64,000 nt of DNA from a virus (taxonomy: Duplodnaviria; Caudoviricetes): the IMG/VR virus record IMGVR_UViG_3300036802_000112, positions 110,194 through 174,193 of that record. The stretch is one strand, 5' to 3'. The notes beneath the pieces were generated by a model. It was not told the origin of the DNA, searched no databases, and worked only from the letters and a program-made list of their open reading frames with translations. Below are positions 9,001-17,240 of this stretch, one piece after another; positions within the stretch are counted from its first letter, which is position 1; the number at the start of each line of letters is the position of its first letter. A program made the position numbers and the translations under genes.

Positions 9001-9268
9001 ACTTGGTGAAGAATCGAATGACGGTATAGAACTTGAATTGAAATCTTTACGCAATACAATTAAGATGATATTCAAAAGCGCAACCGACTTTAAAAACAGT
9101 GCGACACCAAAGAATTTAACCATCCATGATGAGTCATTACAAAGAAGGTTAAATAATCAGAAGAACATCAGAACAACGTTATTTAGATTTAACGTCAACG
9201 ATTATCTGAGTGAATCAGAAAAGCAAACGTTGCATAATAACTCTGTTCCAGAAACATCACTATTCTAA
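6020..9268 (+). CDS. DNA primase-helicase fusion (Zn finger + TOPRIM + C-terminal P-loop NTPase)
   Basis: PCCGHNDC...FNCFSC zinc finger; ILVEGEND and CFDHDDAG TOPRIM motifs; Walker A GEKGTGKS, Walker B FILDE; GAGGAGG RBS before GTG at 6020. Confidence 0.85.
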   Translation: MSWYSKVNKYIDDNLMDFIKEFFGANANTEKIARAIRVSPAPCCGHNDCFSFATEKNAFNCFSCRKSGNRIKSLQYLFGNEKDANKALSKWAGVEYLEDRVYDEQTRKKMEKEERLQELYRIAILHYTFQMQDETESTALAMQTGKEHGCRKHQLDFLKKYKVGYSSGWDFLRNALEKSPKGFTKEEIEEAKSFISIPEGYFVYPYYDKAGNLIRINTKLFERKCLGSYDRDTGRYGYDCGYRTKDLSKKSRETHEHLKKHKMAGDGFSRGEKTNAFYFDPESIQRKRFAILVEGENDVISADEEMANLPESYRRDFAIIGLGGQMDEESFESLFLRQFEKIYECFDHDDAGDKYRNLLDEKLPDVPVYSILFDDDINDIDAWLKSHLYNPGDFKDAIDNAAYRDTKHYIIERETSKHHWRLKNRQFEITFDVSKANHQKGTIDGTISVYKGGQPTFKKTGDLMNTKIDPALNTTKLLFAEEVDKYYNDVEMVADKPKRSYWELINIFKYTSKQNQVIRQLAWYLHQKDIKEFQAAASKLGALGQEVKAQILQEVNSIENQQFDPNITPPIITLSQFFNIPNNDAFFYFSKIINEEDVTKAVPCLITNKKEEIRLDLMKKSDPQSILLIKNKYQLPTEVPITIMNQNEVSLQRYWVERWKNEQLDPAEYDPSKLIKEIEDFIRGSYYLHDDTLKVLSLWIYSTYFYMLFQSGFPYLLITGEKGTGKSTADFLIYLLSLNPKFALHMSESSLFRAISQQGGTFILDELENLTDKKSVDGNAFATILKGGYSNFGRIYRTNMENGIAMIEEHSAFGPKVISNINGLDDVIGDRCIFIKTARAPESKLKFLKDPQIYREQERSKAHSITSRCVISALEYFQTVNEIYNDANNKVMTGNARLSQIILPLVAMAKFVGGDYEEALMRFYRDDIAPVKEELSVSTQEGMVKNILKIVAQELTGIRESKWATNEKIHTHTVPITYHRETGIFEMDLLHFMVLGEESNDGIELELKSLRNTIKMIFKSATDFKNSATPKNLTIHDESLQRRLNNQKNIRTTLFRFNVNDYLSESEKQTLHNNSVPETSLF

Positions 9269-9270
9269 CG

Positions 9271-9303
9271 AAAAGACCGCTAAGTATACTTAGTGGTCTT
9301 TTT
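9271..9303 (+). terminator. Intrinsic terminator
   Basis: AAAAGACCGCTAAG-TATA-CTTAGTGGTCTTTT hairpin with T-tract. Confidence 0.8.
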
Positions 9304-9324
9304 ATATTTTAGGAGGATAAAAAT

Positions 9325-9588
9325 ATGAAAAGAAGAACACGATTAGTATACGACGATGCGAGTTTTATCGAGGCGGAATACCTAGACGGAACATGCCCGG
9401 GGTGTAAGATATGGGAAGCACCTACAACTGTAGAAGATTTACGTAAAAGCAAAGAGCTACATGCACACGTAGGTTCAGGTCCTATCTTACAAGAAAAGAA
9501 CGTTCGGTATAGAAAGTTAGTTTGGAAAGAATATTTCAAATGCCCTATATGCCAAATGAAATTCTCTATTAAATTTAATGACTTTTAA
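9325..9588 (+). CDS. Small zinc-ribbon protein
   Basis: CPGC...CPIC pairs; AGGAGG RBS. Confidence 0.7.
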   Translation: MKRRTRLVYDDASFIEAEYLDGTCPGCKIWEAPTTVEDLRKSKELHAHVGSGPILQEKNVRYRKLVWKEYFKCPICQMKFSIKFNDF

Positions 9589-9610
9589 TGTCGTTTATAG
9601 GCGAAAACTT

Positions 9611-9626
9611 GTTATAAGTAAAGTGA
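9611..9626 (+). promoter_or_regulatory. Repeated motif GTTATAAGTAAAGTGA (putative phage-specific promoter), copy 1
   Basis: Same 16-mer occurs at five other intergenic sites upstream of + strand genes. Confidence 0.7.
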
Positions 9627-9677
9627 GAGAAGGAAAGAAAAACAAATAAAATATATATAATAAAGGAGAAATGAAAA

Positions 9678-9875
9678 ATGAATGGATTATTAAAAGTAGG
9701 TTTACAAATAGTAAAAGGTGCAGGGAAATTAATGACAATGGGAGCAATTTATACAGTGTCAAATGAATTACAAAGTATTAACAAACAACAATCAAAACAA
9801 TTCAATAGAGATATTAAAGATGGTGTTGAACATTCGGTAAGAAAGTTTAAGTTAATCAAAAACGATGAACAATAA
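9678..9875 (+). CDS. Small protein with amphipathic N-terminus
   Basis: AAGGAG RBS; followed by hairpin terminator. Confidence 0.7.
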   Translation: MNGLLKVGLQIVKGAGKLMTMGAIYTVSNELQSINKQQSKQFNRDIKDGVEHSVRKFKLIKNDEQ

Positions 9876-9904
9876 TAGTAGCGTATGCTACTATTATTGT
9901 TTTT
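9869..9904 (+). terminator. Intrinsic terminator
   Basis: ACAATAATAGTAGC-GTAT-GCTACTATTATTGT then TTTT. Confidence 0.75.
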
Positions 9905-9927
9905 CTATTTAAGGAGGAAAAAATACA

Positions 9928-10704
9928 ATGACAGAATTTGCAGTAATCACACCGTTCTCATTAAATTGGAAGTTTGTTGTTCCGCATGATTATGAGAGGT
10001 TAGAATATTTCGTTACACCTCGTGTATCTTTATTATTCCACGAGATCACAAATGGGAAACAAGATTTCGTTATCGGTTCATTCCTTATTAACGAAAGTAA
10101 CAAAGATAAGTTTATGAACGAGATTCTCCCGCAACGTTCTAATCAAAGAATTCAAAAGGCCTTTGAAGATGAAAATGTTTCTGCTTTTCTAAACAGAGAA
10201 GATGCAGAAATTTGCGAACAACTATTTAGAAACGAAGGTTTCTTTTGTCATCGATTAAGTATCTTGTTAGACGGGACACCTGTTGATTTAAGAACATTAC
10301 CAGCAGATGAGTTTTACGAAACGATAGAAACGTTATCTGCATTGAAGGTTGTGTCTGTTATGGACTTTGAAGAGAATGCAACTGAAATAGCTGATATGGT
10401 AACAGAAACAAGAAAACTCATCGAAGAAGGAATTAGAAAGGAAGAGAGCAGAAAACGTTCGGAGAAAAAGGGATTCACAAAAAGAGTCGCGAACATTCGA
10501 GGAGCATTAGGAACAGCATCAATGGTTGCATCAGTCGCATGTGGGATAGGAGCAAAGAAGATGGTAAGAAAAGGTGGGTTATTAGGTTTTGCAATAGCAA
10601 GCGTTTGTACAATATTAGGTTTCGGGTTTGCTTCAATTGGTAAGAGTCTAGCCGGAGATAGTATTCAATATTACATGCAAGGGATGGTGAGATTCGGTGT
10701 CTAA
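9928..10704 (+). CDS. Hypothetical membrane protein (two C-terminal hydrophobic helices)
   Basis: AAGGAGG RBS; GALGTASMVASVACGIGA and GLLGFAIASVCTILGFGFASIG. Confidence 0.75.
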   Translation: MTEFAVITPFSLNWKFVVPHDYERLEYFVTPRVSLLFHEITNGKQDFVIGSFLINESNKDKFMNEILPQRSNQRIQKAFEDENVSAFLNREDAEICEQLFRNEGFFCHRLSILLDGTPVDLRTLPADEFYETIETLSALKVVSVMDFEENATEIADMVTETRKLIEEGIRKEESRKRSEKKGFTKRVANIRGALGTASMVASVACGIGAKKMVRKGGLLGFAIASVCTILGFGFASIGKSLAGDSIQYYMQGMVRFGV

Positions 10705-11674
10705 TGAAATCGTAACAGCTGGACATTACAGCGAAAAGTATTTTAAACGTCCGAACAACAAAAAGAATAGTCCAAATGATTGTCACAAAACGAATGAAGA
10801 ATTAAAGTTCATGTGCGATACCGCTTTCGATGCACATATTTCTGCGTTCTTCGGTATAGAAGGTGGGCTTGAAGCATTGACAGATGACAGTGTAGAGTTA
10901 ACACAAGCGGCTCAACAAGAAGTTAAGAGTCAAGTCATGCAGGAAAAAGAGTTAAAAACAACAGATGACGCTTTCCACCAAAAGAAATTCGAAAGAGGTA
11001 AGGCTACTATTACACGAGAATATATCGAGGAAAAGTATGCAGAAGAAAAGGAGAAGATAGCACGAGGTGAATCTATTTCGAATTCAACAGATTTCGTTGT
11101 AGAAGAACCTAAATCTCCTTATCCTGATGGTTCTCCTTGGAACAGAGATAAACAATCTGGCCCAAGAACTCAAAGTTACTTCGGAGGGAAAGAAAAAGGA
11201 ATCAACGGCGAGCGTGTGTATTATAACGATAGAGAAAGAAAAGATACAACTAGCCGTTCAACATCTTCTTATCAAACAGGATCAACAACTAAGGATAGAA
11301 GAAAGTTAGATTCTGTATATGATCATATGGGGCGCATTGCAGATAACACACAAAACGTAGCGATGAAAACGAAACGTTGGAAAGACTACGAAAAAGAAGA
11401 AGCAAGAAACAACACTTCTTGGTCATCAGGAAATGGCAAGCAATCATTATTAGGGCGCATTAAACGTTTCGTACGTAAGCCAAAGTTTAGAGTAACAGCA
11501 AAAGTCGGTATGCTAATGACTCTACAACTCGGAATGGCAATGGTAGGTAAGAAGTACGAATTTGAAGGAATGGGACAAGCTGCTGCATTCCTAGCAATGA
11601 TGATGGGAGTATTCTACTTAACAAAAGAATTACAGAACGATGATTTCGATGTTAAGAGTTTCGGAATCTTATAG
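10697..11674 (+). CDS. Hypothetical membrane protein (low-complexity middle, two C-terminal hydrophobic helices)
   Basis: 325-aa ORF overlapping the previous gene; VGMLMTLQLGMAMVG and AAAFLAMMMGVFYL. Confidence 0.75.
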   Translation: MSNEIVTAGHYSEKYFKRPNNKKNSPNDCHKTNEELKFMCDTAFDAHISAFFGIEGGLEALTDDSVELTQAAQQEVKSQVMQEKELKTTDDAFHQKKFERGKATITREYIEEKYAEEKEKIARGESISNSTDFVVEEPKSPYPDGSPWNRDKQSGPRTQSYFGGKEKGINGERVYYNDRERKDTTSRSTSSYQTGSTTKDRRKLDSVYDHMGRIADNTQNVAMKTKRWKDYEKEEARNNTSWSSGNGKQSLLGRIKRFVRKPKFRVTAKVGMLMTLQLGMAMVGKKYEFEGMGQAAAFLAMMMGVFYLTKELQNDDFDVKSFGIL

Positions 11675-11675
11675 G

Positions 11676-11704
11676 TTGCAATACCGACCTCCTTATTATA
11701 TAAT
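11676..11704 (+). promoter_or_regulatory. Sigma-A-type promoter TTGCAA-17-TATAAT
   Basis: -35 at 11676-11681, -10 at 11699-11704, exact 17-nt spacer. Confidence 0.7.
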
Positions 11705-11733
11705 AGCCCCATAAGGTAAGGAGGTCGTTGAAC

Positions 11734-11889
11734 ATGAAGGAAGTAGCAAAGAAGGCATTAAAGGAAGTAGCAGTACAAGTTGTAATATTGGTGTGTCAAA
11801 AAGCAATTGAAGTAGCTGGAAATATACATACAAATAAAACAACAACAGAAGTACCGACACGAGCGTTACCAACACAATCAAAAATTAAC
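11734..11889 (+). CDS. 51-aa small protein, not in ORF track (MKEVAKKALKEVAVQVVILVCQKAIEVAG...)
   Basis: Perfect TAAGGAGGT SD at 11717-11725; promoter upstream and terminator downstream. Confidence 0.7.
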
Positions 11890-11930
11890 TGATTGTGTTT
11901 TCATAACATAAATGAACGAAAAAATAGGCA

Positions 11931-11972
11931 AAGATTATGAGTTCCCTTCGGGGAGCTCATAATCTTTCTTTT
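11931..11972 (+). terminator. Intrinsic terminator (cUUCGg loop)
   Basis: AAGATTATGAGTTCCC-TTCG-GGGAGCTCATAATCTT then T-rich tail. Confidence 0.85.
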
Positions 11973-11993
11973 GCATAAGAGGGTGGATTATAT

Positions 11994-13991
11994 ATGAGAC
12001 TGGATTTAAAGAATAACGAACTTGTCTTCTCGTACATAGAAAAGAATAAGTTAGCGTTATTCCTAGCAGCTTTAGAGAATGGAAAGGGTTTAAAGTACAG
12101 AAACTACAAAGGAACGATTTACATTCCGTTGAGACACTTTGACGTAGCAAGACAAGTATTAAAAGAGTTTAAAAACGAATTAACTTTCACGCTTAGATAC
12201 GAAAAGTTTGCTAGCTTATTCGTATTGAACAAAGATGTTATTAAGATAAAATGGTACCCTTGTGAATGTATCATTACAGGGAGAGTGCCATTTGATTTAA
12301 TCATTCCGAATACATCTTACTTTAACAAAGCCGCTTTGCAATCTAAAGCGTACGAGAAGGGGCAATGGGACGGGTTAACGCACATGTTTGATACAATGAC
12401 AGGTAAGTTCCCTTCTGGTCTTTTAGAAAGAATTGTGACAGGTCTGAATGAACGCGGTATGCAGTATGATATTGAGAGAATGTTTAATTACCCTGCACCT
12501 GAATTAACACTGCGTCCTAAATTCGAATTCACGCCTTCTGACGACCAAATAAAAGCGGTTGATGCGTTAGACAGAAGTAACAACGGAATCGCAAAATGCC
12601 CAACTGGATTCGGTAAAACATCTTACGTAGCAGCTAAGTTAATCAGCCAAAAGGGTGTTAAATCATTATTCTTAGCGAACCAACGTGTACTTATCAATGA
12701 TGCAAAAGACGATTTCAAAAAGGTCTTTGCTGATTGTGATATTAAAATCGGAACAATTGGTGACGGTGAGTTTGATCCAGGTGATATTACAGTAGCATCT
12801 ATCCAAGGTGTAATTGCAGCACTAACTCCACCATCCCAATTAGAGAAAGATAAGATAGCAAAAGAGTTAATGTTTGCTGAACAACAAGATGACCAACGAA
12901 CGGTAAAACGATTAAAGACAAGAATGAAGAAATTACTAGAAAGAGAAGAAAAATCTCGTTTAATTAAACCATTCCTAGAAGAGGTAGAGTTATTCGTTGT
13001 CGATGAAGGACAAGCGTTAGGCACAGATATGTGGAATAAGTTTTTAAAAGCATGTCCTGCACCTTATCGCTATACATTGTCAGCAACCCCTATCCGTACG
13101 GACGGTGGCGCTTTAGCTATTATAGGAGCAACTGGTGAGCGTAGATTTGAATCTTCTGCTGATGAACAAATTCAAAAAGGAAGACTTTCAGAGTTTAGAA
13201 GTTACTTCCGTAAGTTTGATCATAAAGTTTCTAAAGATGTACAGAAAACATTAACGATGGATTACCACCAAGCATACGAACTATTCATCGTTAACAACAA
13301 ACCACGAAACGAATACCTATGTAGTCTTGTGGTTGATTTAGCAAAACAAGGATTCAGTGTGTTAGCCCTTGTTACACGAAAAGCTCATGCTGCAATCATA
13401 CAACAGACACTGTTAGAAATGGGTATGCCTGAGGGAACATTCGCATATGTAGATGGAGATACAGGGAAGAAGAAAAGGAAAACAGCAATCGAAGATTTCC
13501 GAGCAAGTAAGTTCCCTATATTAATCGGTACATCTATTTTCGACGTAGGATTCAATGCTAAGAACGCATCTAAAATTGTCAGATTTAACGGTGGTGGCTC
13601 AGAGGTACGTGAACCACAAAGGGCAGGACGTACTGTTCGTATGCGTGATGATGGAAGTATAGGGGAAAGTTTCGACTTACTAGACATCAATGTTCCTTTC
13701 TTTGAAACACAATCTTACAAACGAATTAAAATATTAAAAGAAGAGTTTGGTAATCATCGTGTAGAAGTTATGAGAGATTTACCAATCGAAGGCGAACTAG
13801 ATATCGTTGCATTACAAGAGTTCGCAACAAAAGTATCTGAAACAGATGAGCAACGAGGCAAAGAAATCTTAGAACAATTAACGTTTATCAATACAGAATT
13901 CGAAGCACCGGATGAATTTAGTGAATTAAAAGATGCCTTTGCGGATAGAGATCTACAAGGTATGCTTGCTCAATTAGAATTTAAAGGATAA
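11994..13991 (+). CDS. Superfamily 2 DNA helicase (UvsW/XPB-like)
   Basis: Motif I PTGFGKT, II VVDEGQ, III SAT, V DVGFN, VI QRAGRTVR. Confidence 0.88.
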   Translation: MRLDLKNNELVFSYIEKNKLALFLAALENGKGLKYRNYKGTIYIPLRHFDVARQVLKEFKNELTFTLRYEKFASLFVLNKDVIKIKWYPCECIITGRVPFDLIIPNTSYFNKAALQSKAYEKGQWDGLTHMFDTMTGKFPSGLLERIVTGLNERGMQYDIERMFNYPAPELTLRPKFEFTPSDDQIKAVDALDRSNNGIAKCPTGFGKTSYVAAKLISQKGVKSLFLANQRVLINDAKDDFKKVFADCDIKIGTIGDGEFDPGDITVASIQGVIAALTPPSQLEKDKIAKELMFAEQQDDQRTVKRLKTRMKKLLEREEKSRLIKPFLEEVELFVVDEGQALGTDMWNKFLKACPAPYRYTLSATPIRTDGGALAIIGATGERRFESSADEQIQKGRLSEFRSYFRKFDHKVSKDVQKTLTMDYHQAYELFIVNNKPRNEYLCSLVVDLAKQGFSVLALVTRKAHAAIIQQTLLEMGMPEGTFAYVDGDTGKKKRKTAIEDFRASKFPILIGTSIFDVGFNAKNASKIVRFNGGGSEVREPQRAGRTVRMRDDGSIGESFDLLDINVPFFETQSYKRIKILKEEFGNHRVEVMRDLPIEGELDIVALQEFATKVSETDEQRGKEILEQLTFINTEFEAPDEFSELKDAFADRDLQGMLAQLEFKG

Positions 13992-14003
13992 GGAGAATGC
14001 ACA

Positions 14004-14450
14004 GTGAAAAACACAAAGGTTATTTCAGGATTCCCGGGAGTAGGTAAGACAGTATTATCGAACAAAGAGGGCTTAGTTATCTTAGATTCAGATAGTAGTA
14101 ATTTTTCTTGGATTGAAAAAGGAGTAAGAAATCCACACTTCCCTCTAAATTACATGCGACATATCGAAGCAAACTTAGGTGTGGCTGATTACATCTTCGT
14201 ATCTTCTCATGATAATGTTCGAAAAGCATTAGAAGACCGCGAGATTGAATACACATTGGTATATCCAAGAATGGATTTAAAAGAGGAATACATTGAACGA
14301 TATCGAAACAGAGGGAATGAAGCAGCATTTATTAACTTCATCGATTCTAAATGGGATGAGTTTATTTCGAACATCGAAAAAGAAACATTCCCTAAACTAG
14401 TTGAATTAACAAATGGAGAATACCTTTCTGACGTTTTAGATACAATATAA
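14004..14450 (+). CDS. P-loop nucleotide-kinase-like protein
   Basis: N-terminal ISGFPGVGKT then ILDSDSS. Confidence 0.7.
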   Translation: MKNTKVISGFPGVGKTVLSNKEGLVILDSDSSNFSWIEKGVRNPHFPLNYMRHIEANLGVADYIFVSSHDNVRKALEDREIEYTLVYPRMDLKEEYIERYRNRGNEAAFINFIDSKWDEFISNIEKETFPKLVELTNGEYLSDVLDTI

Positions 14451-14476
14451 AAAGAGTGCCCTCGGGCACTCTTTTT
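14449..14476. terminator. Bidirectional terminator between convergent genes
   Basis: AAAAGAGTGCCC-TC-GGGCACTCTTTT. Confidence 0.85.
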
Positions 14477-14738
14477 ATTGTTTGTTTGAAGTTTGCTTAA
14501 TAACTTGATGACCAAGTACAGAAGCACCGCAAACCAAAATACCTTGGATAACAGCTTGAACAGTGAAGCCCATTAATCCTAATGATCCAGCGATACCTAG
14601 AACAATTAGAATCCAAGGAATAATCCAATCAGCAACTTTAGCAGATTGTTTTAAGAAGAAACCAACAACCCATAAAGCGGGAATTAAGATAAGTGCTTCG
14701 TCTACGATAAATTGTGAAACCATTTCCATTCCATCCAT
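14475..14738 (-). CDS. Phage holin
   Basis: 87 aa, three hydrophobic segments; LIPALWVVGFFLK...WIIPWIL...VIQGIL...HQVIKQ pattern of Firmicute phage holins; GGAGG RBS. Confidence 0.85.
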   Translation of the reverse strand: MDGMEMVSQFIVDEALILIPALWVVGFFLKQSAKVADWIIPWILIVLGIAGSLGLMGFTVQAVIQGILVCGASVLGHQVIKQTSNKQ

Positions 14739-14804
14739 AATCAAAAACCTCCCTTTTCTTTTGGTATGGTTATATTTTACCACGAGAAAAAGGAGGTTGC
14801 CTAT

Positions 14805-15683
14805 TTATTCTTTTGCACTTTGTAAGCCGCCATCTTTATTGATAGTCAACTTGAAGGTAGAACCATCAGAAGCTTGCATCCGAATATAGTCCACGCCCAC
14901 TTCTGTTGTTTTCGATGTTGCGATTGAACCTTTATCATCTATCCCAATTAAATAGTTACCATTAGGAGAATTTAGAATTTTAGGTTTCATATCAATACCA
15001 GTTACATCTTTCGCAAGAGAAGTTACAATTTCACCCTTATTGTTAATTTCGACAAGGTATGCTTGTTTACCAGGAGAAGTAACACCCCAGTTCGTTTTAT
15101 TAACAAGAGTTGACCAAAGGGCACCATCATCATCTACAGTGATTTCGAATGACGGACCATCTTCAGTAGTAGGTAAAACCCAAGGGCCTGTTTCTGTTTG
15201 GTATGTCGAATCCGTCCAAATACGTCCATCATCATCTACAGATAAACCAAAGCGTTTCAACTGCGGACTCTTCAATATTACAGTAAATGTAGAAGGCGCA
15301 AAGCTTGTTACTGAAGTGCTTAAAATGCCATCTTGGTCTATAAAAATTTCATAATTAATACCGCTTGGAGAGCGTAAAATAAGTTTATCTTTGTAACTTT
15401 GTACGACTCCAATATCCTCACTAACCACTTGTCCTCTATCTGTAATCGTTAATTCGAAGATGGTTCCGTTAGGAGAAATTAAAACAGGTTTACCATTTTG
15501 TAATCCACTTGCATCTCGGAATTGACCATCAACGTAAAATCTTGTTTGTCGTGTTGCAGGAGAATACCACATGACACCTTCACGAACACCCGTTACTGGT
15601 TCGGTATTACTTTTTAAAATTCGAAGATGGCTGCCTGATGACAAACCATGACTACGTAAAATATCTTCCACACTAAAAGACAT
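14805..15683 (-). CDS. Tail-associated protein with seven SPNG-type repeats
   Basis: Seven copies of h-x-S-P-x-G-x-x-[FY]-x-h-x-h-D-x-x-G-x-h-x-[ST]; located at end of baseplate cluster. Confidence 0.6.
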   Translation of the reverse strand: MSFSVEDILRSHGLSSGSHLRILKSNTEPVTGVREGVMWYSPATRQTRFYVDGQFRDASGLQNGKPVLISPNGTIFELTITDRGQVVSEDIGVVQSYKDKLILRSPSGINYEIFIDQDGILSTSVTSFAPSTFTVILKSPQLKRFGLSVDDDGRIWTDSTYQTETGPWVLPTTEDGPSFEITVDDDGALWSTLVNKTNWGVTSPGKQAYLVEINNKGEIVTSLAKDVTGIDMKPKILNSPNGNYLIGIDDKGSIATSKTTEVGVDYIRMQASDGSTFKLTINKDGGLQSAKE

Positions 15684-15701
15684 AAAATTTCAACTCCTTT
15701 C

Positions 15702-16394
15702 CTATTTCGTCGGTCCTTCTGGAACTGTACTAGCTTGTATTAATTGGTCCACTTTATCACTTAGTGTTTTAAGTAATGTTTTATCTGTTGCAGTCATAAA
15801 TCCTGCTTTATTAACAGTGGCATAAGAAGAACGGTGAACCGAACCTGATAACTTTACTTCACCTGCTATGTCAACAATACCCCCAACATACACATCACCA
15901 TGTATCGTAGCATTACCTTCAACCTTCAATTCTTTCAAACCGTTATTCAAAGGTTTTAAGTGTTCTTCTAGTAACATACGATTAGTAGAAGGAGCGAAAA
16001 CATAACCTAATAATGTGTGTGTTTCTTCCGGTTTTACAGGAGCAGCTTCTCCTGTTTCCGCATTACCCGAAACTACAATGTAACTCACAACGTCATTACC
16101 GTGTATATGAACAGCATATATTGAATCGATACGGTCATTTGTCGCATGATCATTAGGATGAATGTAAATTTCATTCATTTTATCCTCATCTTCAATCATA
16201 ATACCACCATGAGTAACAAGTAGATTCTTCTCATCTGTACCCTTAATCAAACTCACATAACCACTTTTATCACTGACGCCAAATCGGAAGCCCTTCATAA
16301 TAGAACCTCCGAAAAAATCAGCGAAGCGATGGTTAAAATCACGAGAAACTAAGTCTGCTTTATATGGGAAACTTATTTTTGCAGTAGACGTCAT
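15702..16394 (-). CDS. Putative tail fibre/baseplate attachment protein
   Basis: DRIDSIYA...LLGYV motif; paralogous to the next gene; tail context. Confidence 0.55.
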   Translation of the reverse strand: MTSTAKISFPYKADLVSRDFNHRFADFFGGSIMKGFRFGVSDKSGYVSLIKGTDEKNLLVTHGGIMIEDEDKMNEIYIHPNDHATNDRIDSIYAVHIHGNDVVSYIVVSGNAETGEAAPVKPEETHTLLGYVFAPSTNRMLLEEHLKPLNNGLKELKVEGNATIHGDVYVGGIVDIAGEVKLSGSVHRSSYATVNKAGFMTATDKTLLKTLSDKVDQLIQASTVPEGPTK

Positions 16395-17227
16395 AGGTCA
16401 TCACCACTGTCTAGGTTAGTGATTTTCTTAGCGAACACCCCGCCATAATCGTCGTATTGAAGTTCCCATTGCATAGTAGATTTAACTCGTTTTCCTGTCG
16501 GATCAAAGTACTTAGCTTCAAGATACTTGTATCGTTTCTCTCCACCTGTTGTATATTCTGGATTTAGTAACCTCGTTTCCATGTGTACAATTTCTTCTGG
16601 TGTTGTGTAGCCTACGTTTGTATAGACACCGATATCTTTATCGTAATCAGAACCAACGATATTTAACTTACCATCTAATGTACCGCCCTGGAATGATACC
16701 ATTTCGTTAAATACAACAGGACCATTAAATTCAGCAGTGCCATTAAATTGAGCATGACCAGCTACGTTTAATTTGCTAAATCCGTAAGGTGTAGACTTGA
16801 TATCTTCTTCTAAAATATAGTCCGCTCTCTGGCGAATTTTCACATGACCTAATAATAAATGAGTTTTAGGATTAGGGTTAGCAGGTGGAACGTGGGTACC
16901 AGTAACAATAACGTATCGTGCATTAGATGTTTCACCAAAGATATACTCTAAATAAACTGCATCAATACGTTCTCTCGGGTTATTTTTATTCGATGTAATA
17001 TTTAGAACATCGATTAAATCTTCTGTTTCAGTAACTTTAGCACCAGAAGGAGTTACTGCGGCACTACTCGTAAACTTATCACGAATCAGGTTAAGTGATA
17101 GTTTTGTAGAACCTCTTTTAACACGGAAACCTCTTATGATAGAGGGCCCAGTTATATCTAAATAGCGTTGATTGACAACATCTGACTCAGCTTTTGCTCT
17201 ATAACGAATATCGATATATTGTGTCAT
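16391..17227 (-). CDS. Putative tail fibre/baseplate attachment protein
   Basis: ERIDAVYL...LLGHV; N-terminal ~170 aa parallels 15702..16394. Confidence 0.55.
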   Translation of the reverse strand: MTQYIDIRYRAKAESDVVNQRYLDITGPSIIRGFRVKRGSTKLSLNLIRDKFTSSAAVTPSGAKVTETEDLIDVLNITSNKNNPRERIDAVYLEYIFGETSNARYVIVTGTHVPPANPNPKTHLLLGHVKIRQRADYILEEDIKSTPYGFSKLNVAGHAQFNGTAEFNGPVVFNEMVSFQGGTLDGKLNIVGSDYDKDIGVYTNVGYTTPEEIVHMETRLLNPEYTTGGEKRYKYLEAKYFDPTGKRVKSTMQWELQYDDYGGVFAKKITNLDSGDDL

Positions 17228-17240
17228 GTACGACTCCCCC

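Noticed and set aside
11685-11889. Type I toxin-antitoxin locus
   Set aside because: The SD-sequestering stem is suggestive, but the hydrophobic run is short and no convergent antisense promoter/terminator pair could be supported. Kept only as a translational-control finding.
5996-13991. Inteins or group I introns in the primase or helicase
   Set aside because: No intein splice-junction or LAGLIDADG motifs seen, and reading frames are uninterrupted.
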